Assembly: GCA_965223425.1 (NCBI GenBank)
Contig: OZ245003.1
Location: 480,001 to 544,000 of the forward strand
From: Nitrosopumilus sp.
GTDB taxonomy: Archaea; Thermoproteota; Nitrososphaeria; Nitrososphaerales; Nitrosopumilaceae
DNA length: 64,000 nt
Direction: 5' to 3'
Shown: piece after piece, positions 61,701 to 64,000 of the stretch
Layout: each line of letters starts with the position of its first letter
Numbering within the stretch: the stretch's first letter is position 1
Notes under the pieces: model-generated
What the model was told of the DNA's origin: nothing
The model's input: the letters and a program-made list of their open reading frames with translations, nothing else
Databases searched by the model: none
Program-made: the position numbers and the translations under genes

Positions 61701-64000
61701 CCCCACCTTCGGGGTAACCTTCAGCGAGGCAGTAAACAACGTGGACCAATCAGACTTTGATACCTCAGGCAACGCCACTTCAACAGTCTTCACAGTCACC
61801 AAGGCATCTGATACGGTATACCACGTGGGGGTGACCGTAACTGCAAACGGCACAGTCGGCCTTGAACTCGCATTAACAGAAGACATTCATGATGCTGCAC
61901 GCAACCCCCTGCTTGTAGCGCTGACTGTCGACGAATCATACAACGTCCTCCTCACGCAGGCAGAAAACCGGCAGCCGACAATCACCCTAACCGGCGACAA
62001 CCCTGCAACTGCAGAAAGGTACGTCACATACACAGATGCCGGGGCAGCCTGCGCCGATCCTGACGGCGATGATATAACGCTTACCAGCTCTTCTAATGTG
62101 GACACGGACACAGTATCTTTGCCGGCATCTCCTTACCGGTACACCTACTCGTGTACAGACGAACACGGGCTTGCCGCGACAAACAAGACCAGACTCGTCA
62201 GTGTGGAGGATACCGTGAAACCTGTGATTACCCTTGTCGGCCCGGCATCAGTATCGCTGACAGTGGGCGACACATACACGGAAGAAGGGGCAACCTGCAC
62301 TGACTCTGGCCGTCTGCTTGGTGCTGCCAGTATCGGCGGCGCTACGGTGGACACGGCTGTCGTCAACGAGTACGATGTGGTGTATGCCTGCTCAGACGGG
62401 TACAACAACGCTATTCCGGTAACCAGGACCGTAACTGTTACAGAGCCCACGATAACGCCACCACCACCGGACGTCAACGTCCCCCCATCTGCGTCAATCA
62501 GCGCGCCTCCCCGGGCAGCAGAGGGAACGCAGGTATACCTTGACGGGAGCGGCTCGACAGACACTGACGGCACCATACAATCATACAACTGGACTGCCAG
62601 CAACCCGGCAGTAACCATCACCGGCAGCAACCTGCCAACTGCGTCATTTATTGCCCCCCAGGTCACAGAGAACACCCCTCTGCTCATCACGCTGAAGGTA
62701 ACTGACAACCAAGGCGCTACAGGCTCTGCACAGCACACCATGACCATAATCAACATAAGCCCGCCACCTGACGACAGTGCCGCCCCCACCTTCACTGCCA
62801 GGACCGGCCCTGCCACAAACCAGATAACTGTAACATTCTCCAAGGCCGTCAACAGCACTGCTGACTCCCACGCAGCATGGGGCGTGGCAGGAAGCACGGT
62901 CACCGCAGTCACCGGCCTTGACGGGACAGGCAGCACCGCAGTAATAACGCTGCAAAGCCCGGTACAGCCGCCTGATGCAACGCCTGCCGTAACATACAAT
63001 GCCGATGCGGGGGCGGACATTTCAGATGCGGCAGGCAACGCGTTAGCTACTGCAACTGTCACCGCTACTGCGGGACATCCTGCAGGTCTTCACATCCACC
63101 TGATCGGCGATGCCTTCCTATACCACCCGTACGGGGAACCGTACACCGACAAGGGCGCCCTGTGCCATGACGCAGACGGAAACGACATAACTGACACCGG
63201 CGACTATGAAACCCTGCCATACCTGAATCAGACGCAGACAATAAACGAAAAACTTCATGAAGGTCCAGAAACCCCTCTTAATTTTACCCACCCCACCCAA
63301 AACCTTTACCGCCCCTTTGATCCGCAGGAGGTAACATACAAGTGTGCTACCTCGCCGCTTGAATTCGTAGAGGAGTCCAGGCAAGTAGCCCTGCGTGATG
63401 AAACCCCTCCTGAAATCCGACTAAACGGGTCCCGCAACGTGGATCTGGAGATAGGCAAGACATTTAATGATACTGCCACATGCACTGACGCTCCTCTCAA
63501 ATACCAGACAGAACTTGTAGGCGGCCTCTTTTATCTGACTTTTCTCAACTCTTCCCTCCCTGACGGGTACCAGGACGCTACAGGGGAACACACGATAACC
63601 TACACATGTTCGGACTCTAAAGGCAACGACGCAGAGGATACAAGCAGGACGCTTCATGTAGGCACGCCTGACAACACGCCACCCGTGCTTGCAGTCAACC
63701 CCGATGTGGTGACCACCCTGGCAAACGGCACGCATATCGTACGGCAGGATGTCGGCTTTGCAGCAGCAGGTGACGGCGGCCTGCAGTCCGCAGTATCCTG
63801 CACGGACAACAGGGACGATACCCCTGCAATTACCCTTGATCCTGCCACGGTGGACACCTCGTCTGCTGGCACCCATACCATAACGTACTCCTGCACGGAT
63901 GCTGCCGGCAAACAAGCTGATACCGTCACAGTCACCTGGGATTTCGGTCCTGCAGCCCCCGTGCTTGCAGTAACGCCCGCAGACACCGCAGTCACGCTTG
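55759..64000 (+). CDS. Giant secreted/surface protein (>2700 aa, incomplete): two LVIVD propellers, a second propeller type, PKD, Ig-like and DUF5011-like domains
   Basis: Frame +1 open wherever checked from TTG 55759 to window end (absent from ORF track, presumably because no stop); signal peptide ..AAAIAALVLLIPLCIPLADA; GVQIIDITDP, FSNDG..YxLPTAFD, AEAGPNQ..TLDG..DPD, ITL.G repeats. Confidence 0.88.
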   Translation, partial: MRRLIKPPLLATTTTTAAAIAALVLLIPLCIPLADAAIDSPVPVASFDDGDTVTVGMTNKTFDELDQAHDITTVRIGTGTYALVVSLTDSGVQIIDITDPASPVPTASFEDGDTVEVGGTNKTFDKLFNGRDITTVRIGSSTYALVAATLDHGVQIIDITDPANPVPTASFEDGDTVEVGMTNKTFDELRQPYGITTVRIGSSTYALVAANLDDGVQIIDITDPASPVPTASFEDGDTVEVGGTNKTFDELDGARGITTVRIGSSTYALVAAYFDDGVQIIDITDPASPVPTASFEDGDTVEVGGTNKTFDELGKAFGITTVRIGSSTYALVAAYVDDGVQIIDITDPASPVPTASFEDGDTVEVGGTNKTFDELDGAFGITTVRIGSSTYALVAAYFDDGVQIIDITDPASPVPTASFEDGDTVQVGGTNKTFDELDGAQGITVVDIGASTYVLVASYVDDGVQIIDITNPAIDPPRFVSAELDELTGVLSVTFDKTIDASSVDATMFHIREPESITGGVTLSAPELDTAAIATTDGTALSFTLTGPNRDAVIALDDPQLEIGEGAVADVNGTKITAAFDIRTARFAESFALGATDKGTRDISFSNDGLRMLLAGPNRNSNVHQYVLPAAFDVSGANLTNDVTLSDAPSINGITFSNDGLRMFTVNTLIDAVYQYALPTAFDVSGASFAQSLNIQSPRTHPTDVAFSNDGHRMFLVGIFEYKIDRYDLPTAFNVTGAEHVGVFSLERRIDGNQYGLTFSNDGHRMFVMFGQDNSNTFYAYKSVHQYDLPTAFDTTGASLVGTFDVSPQSTTQTGIAFSNDGLGMFSTDTSTSTVYRYDLRLLYDINRQPVAEAGPNQHVQERDTVTLDGTNSADPDDGDTTTLTYSWSQTSGSPAVSLENANTTSPTFTAPQTGSTAALEFTLTASDDSLSNGTDTVTVTVYDDQTVFARSATYYENHGLLGITFNRDIDRLPGILFDLFFIRESGSNFGGSDLASSEWLQNTAARSTMIFMLDPSTDDAVRALTFPEIDIEAFAVSGTNGIRFLYDQVELPVVKSGAFLPRVTTAVASAQSEITVRFLSNVDTDITNGTGWSVGASVDVGLEENLAVESNSDPGGTTDAMTLALNGSLPTGFRSGAIFLDYQRPSDDGTGIFNGTEYLGSTNRILLTDGIPPVIVNASAASPTATSITLTFSERITGKSDAESFSLSRTAGSATTTPVPAVVSQVEAGSSPTITLNLNGTIGNNDLVIGYNRDLGGDSSMADIAGNPVASFADIPVATPPADPVLPTPPEDDSYAIDSPVPVASITDGQTHSNGKTFDELNGVYDIATVKIDTSTYALVVASTFGADNGVQIIDITDPANPAPVASFDKGDTVTVGNATKTFDELLGARAITTVKIDTSTYALVAAFTDNGVQIINVTNPDLPAPVASFDDGDIVTVNGTTKTFDTLRGTRTITTVDIDSSTYALVAASNDDGVQIVDITDPAKPVPTASFDDGDTVTVGDTEKTFDELNGARAITTVDIDSSTYALVASFNDDGVQIVDITDPTKPVPTASFDDGDTVEVGGTTKTFDELDQANGITTVKIDSSTYALVASLDDDGVQIVDITDPAKPVPTASFDDGDTVTVGNANRTFDELDGARAITTVDIGSSTYALVASFNDDGVQIVDITDPSNPFPTASFDDGDTVTVNGTTRTFDELDGARAITTVDIGSSTYALVASLTDNGVQIVGISSRSITNQPTVAPTLVSVERHDPATQNTNDTTPTFRATFSKAVTNVDAPDFVIIGDATATVSAVTPVSDTVYHVEVNVTADGIVNLGIAAGHNIQDAAGNSLFGTEPTDTDEPYTIDTVPPTLASVTRHSPAEEDTSRVYPAFRVTFSEEVNNVDESDFDTTGSATVDGLEVLLNFALGNIPVYDIFATVTADGTINLDINTENDIKDAAGNALSGTAPTGADESYTIDTAPPTLVSVARHDPLTENTNDTTPTFGVTFSEAVNNVDQSDFDTSGNATSTVFTVTKASDTVYHVGVTVTANGTVGLELALTEDIHDAARNPLLVALTVDESYNVLLTQAENRQPTITLTGDNPATAERYVTYTDAGAACADPDGDDITLTSSSNVDTDTVSLPASPYRYTYSCTDEHGLAATNKTRLVSVEDTVKPVITLVGPASVSLTVGDTYTEEGATCTDSGRLLGAASIGGATVDTAVVNEYDVVYACSDGYNNAIPVTRTVTVTEPTITPPPPDVNVPPSASISAPPRAAEGTQVYLDGSGSTDTDGTIQSYNWTASNPAVTITGSNLPTASFIAPQVTENTPLLITLKVTDNQGATGSAQHTMTIINISPPPDDSAAPTFTARTGPATNQITVTFSKAVNSTADSHAAWGVAGSTVTAVTGLDGTGSTAVITLQSPVQPPDATPAVTYNADAGADISDAAGNALATATVTATAGHPAGLHIHLIGDAFLYHPYGEPYTDKGALCHDADGNDITDTGDYETLPYLNQTQTINEKLHEGPETPLNFTHPTQNLYRPFDPQEVTYKCATSPLEFVEESRQVALRDETPPEIRLNGSRNVDLEIGKTFNDTATCTDAPLKYQTELVGGLFYLTFLNSSLPDGYQDATGEHTITYTCSDSKGNDAEDTSRTLHVGTPDNTPPVLAVNPDVVTTLANGTHIVRQDVGFAAAGDGGLQSAVSCTDNRDDTPAITLDPATVDTSSAGTHTITYSCTDAAGKQADTVTVTWDFGPAAPVLAVTPADTAVTL
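55867..57180 (+). repeat. Seven 186-bp tandem coding repeats (LVIVD blades), cluster 1
   Basis: GAC(G/A)AGCTT anchors at 55945, 56131, 56317, 56503, 56689, 56875, 57061. Confidence 0.92.
59647..60950 (+). repeat. Seven ~186-bp tandem coding repeats (LVIVD blades), cluster 2
   Basis: Anchors at 59716, 59911, 60097, 60283, 60469, 60655, 60841; starts with the same GCGATAGATTCGCCTGTTCCAGT as cluster 1. Confidence 0.9.

Noticed and set aside
55598-63995. Many minus-strand ORFs (e.g. 56026-57036, 60480-61352, 62145-63062)
   Set aside because: Antisense shadows of the giant plus-strand gene

Overview
Chromosomal window from an ammonia-oxidising archaeon (Nitrosopumilus-like, Nitrosopumilaceae; inferred from gene content and order). 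(1) 102-24748: tRNA-Asp followed by a ~24.6 kb integrated element bounded by a 19-bp att repeat. Its backbone is a tyrosine integrase, a Spo11/TopoVI-A-like TOPRIM protein, a ParM-like actin, a VirD4/HerA-type ATPase, an AbrB-fold protein with a phased palindrome array upstream, and iteron-like repeats. Its cargo is defence genes: an HNH nuclease, a YwbE-Schlafen fusion, a PLD nuclease, an SF2 helicase, a GHKL ATPase, a DUF262-DUF1524 protein and an SspABCD-type DNA phosphorothioation set. (2) 24749-26615: decayed older islet (Shedu-like remnant, IS630, hicAB). (3) 26.7-49.7 kb: core genes (HemA-like, FNR, IMPase, RFC-L, acetyl/propionyl-CoA carboxylase, nuoABCDHIJKMLN, prenyltransferase, intron-containing tRNA-Glu, tRNA-Ile2). 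(4) 49.65-52.3 kb: second small att-bounded remnant. (5) pyrE and neighbours, then a GC-rich giant (>2700 aa, runs off the window) surface protein with near-identical beta-propeller repeats that vary only in two short loops. Best candidates for novelty: a ParM + AbrB + centromere-like array partition module, and the Ssp set coupled to a GHKL-helicase-PLD module. All protein calls are by motif recognition only; no database search was run.
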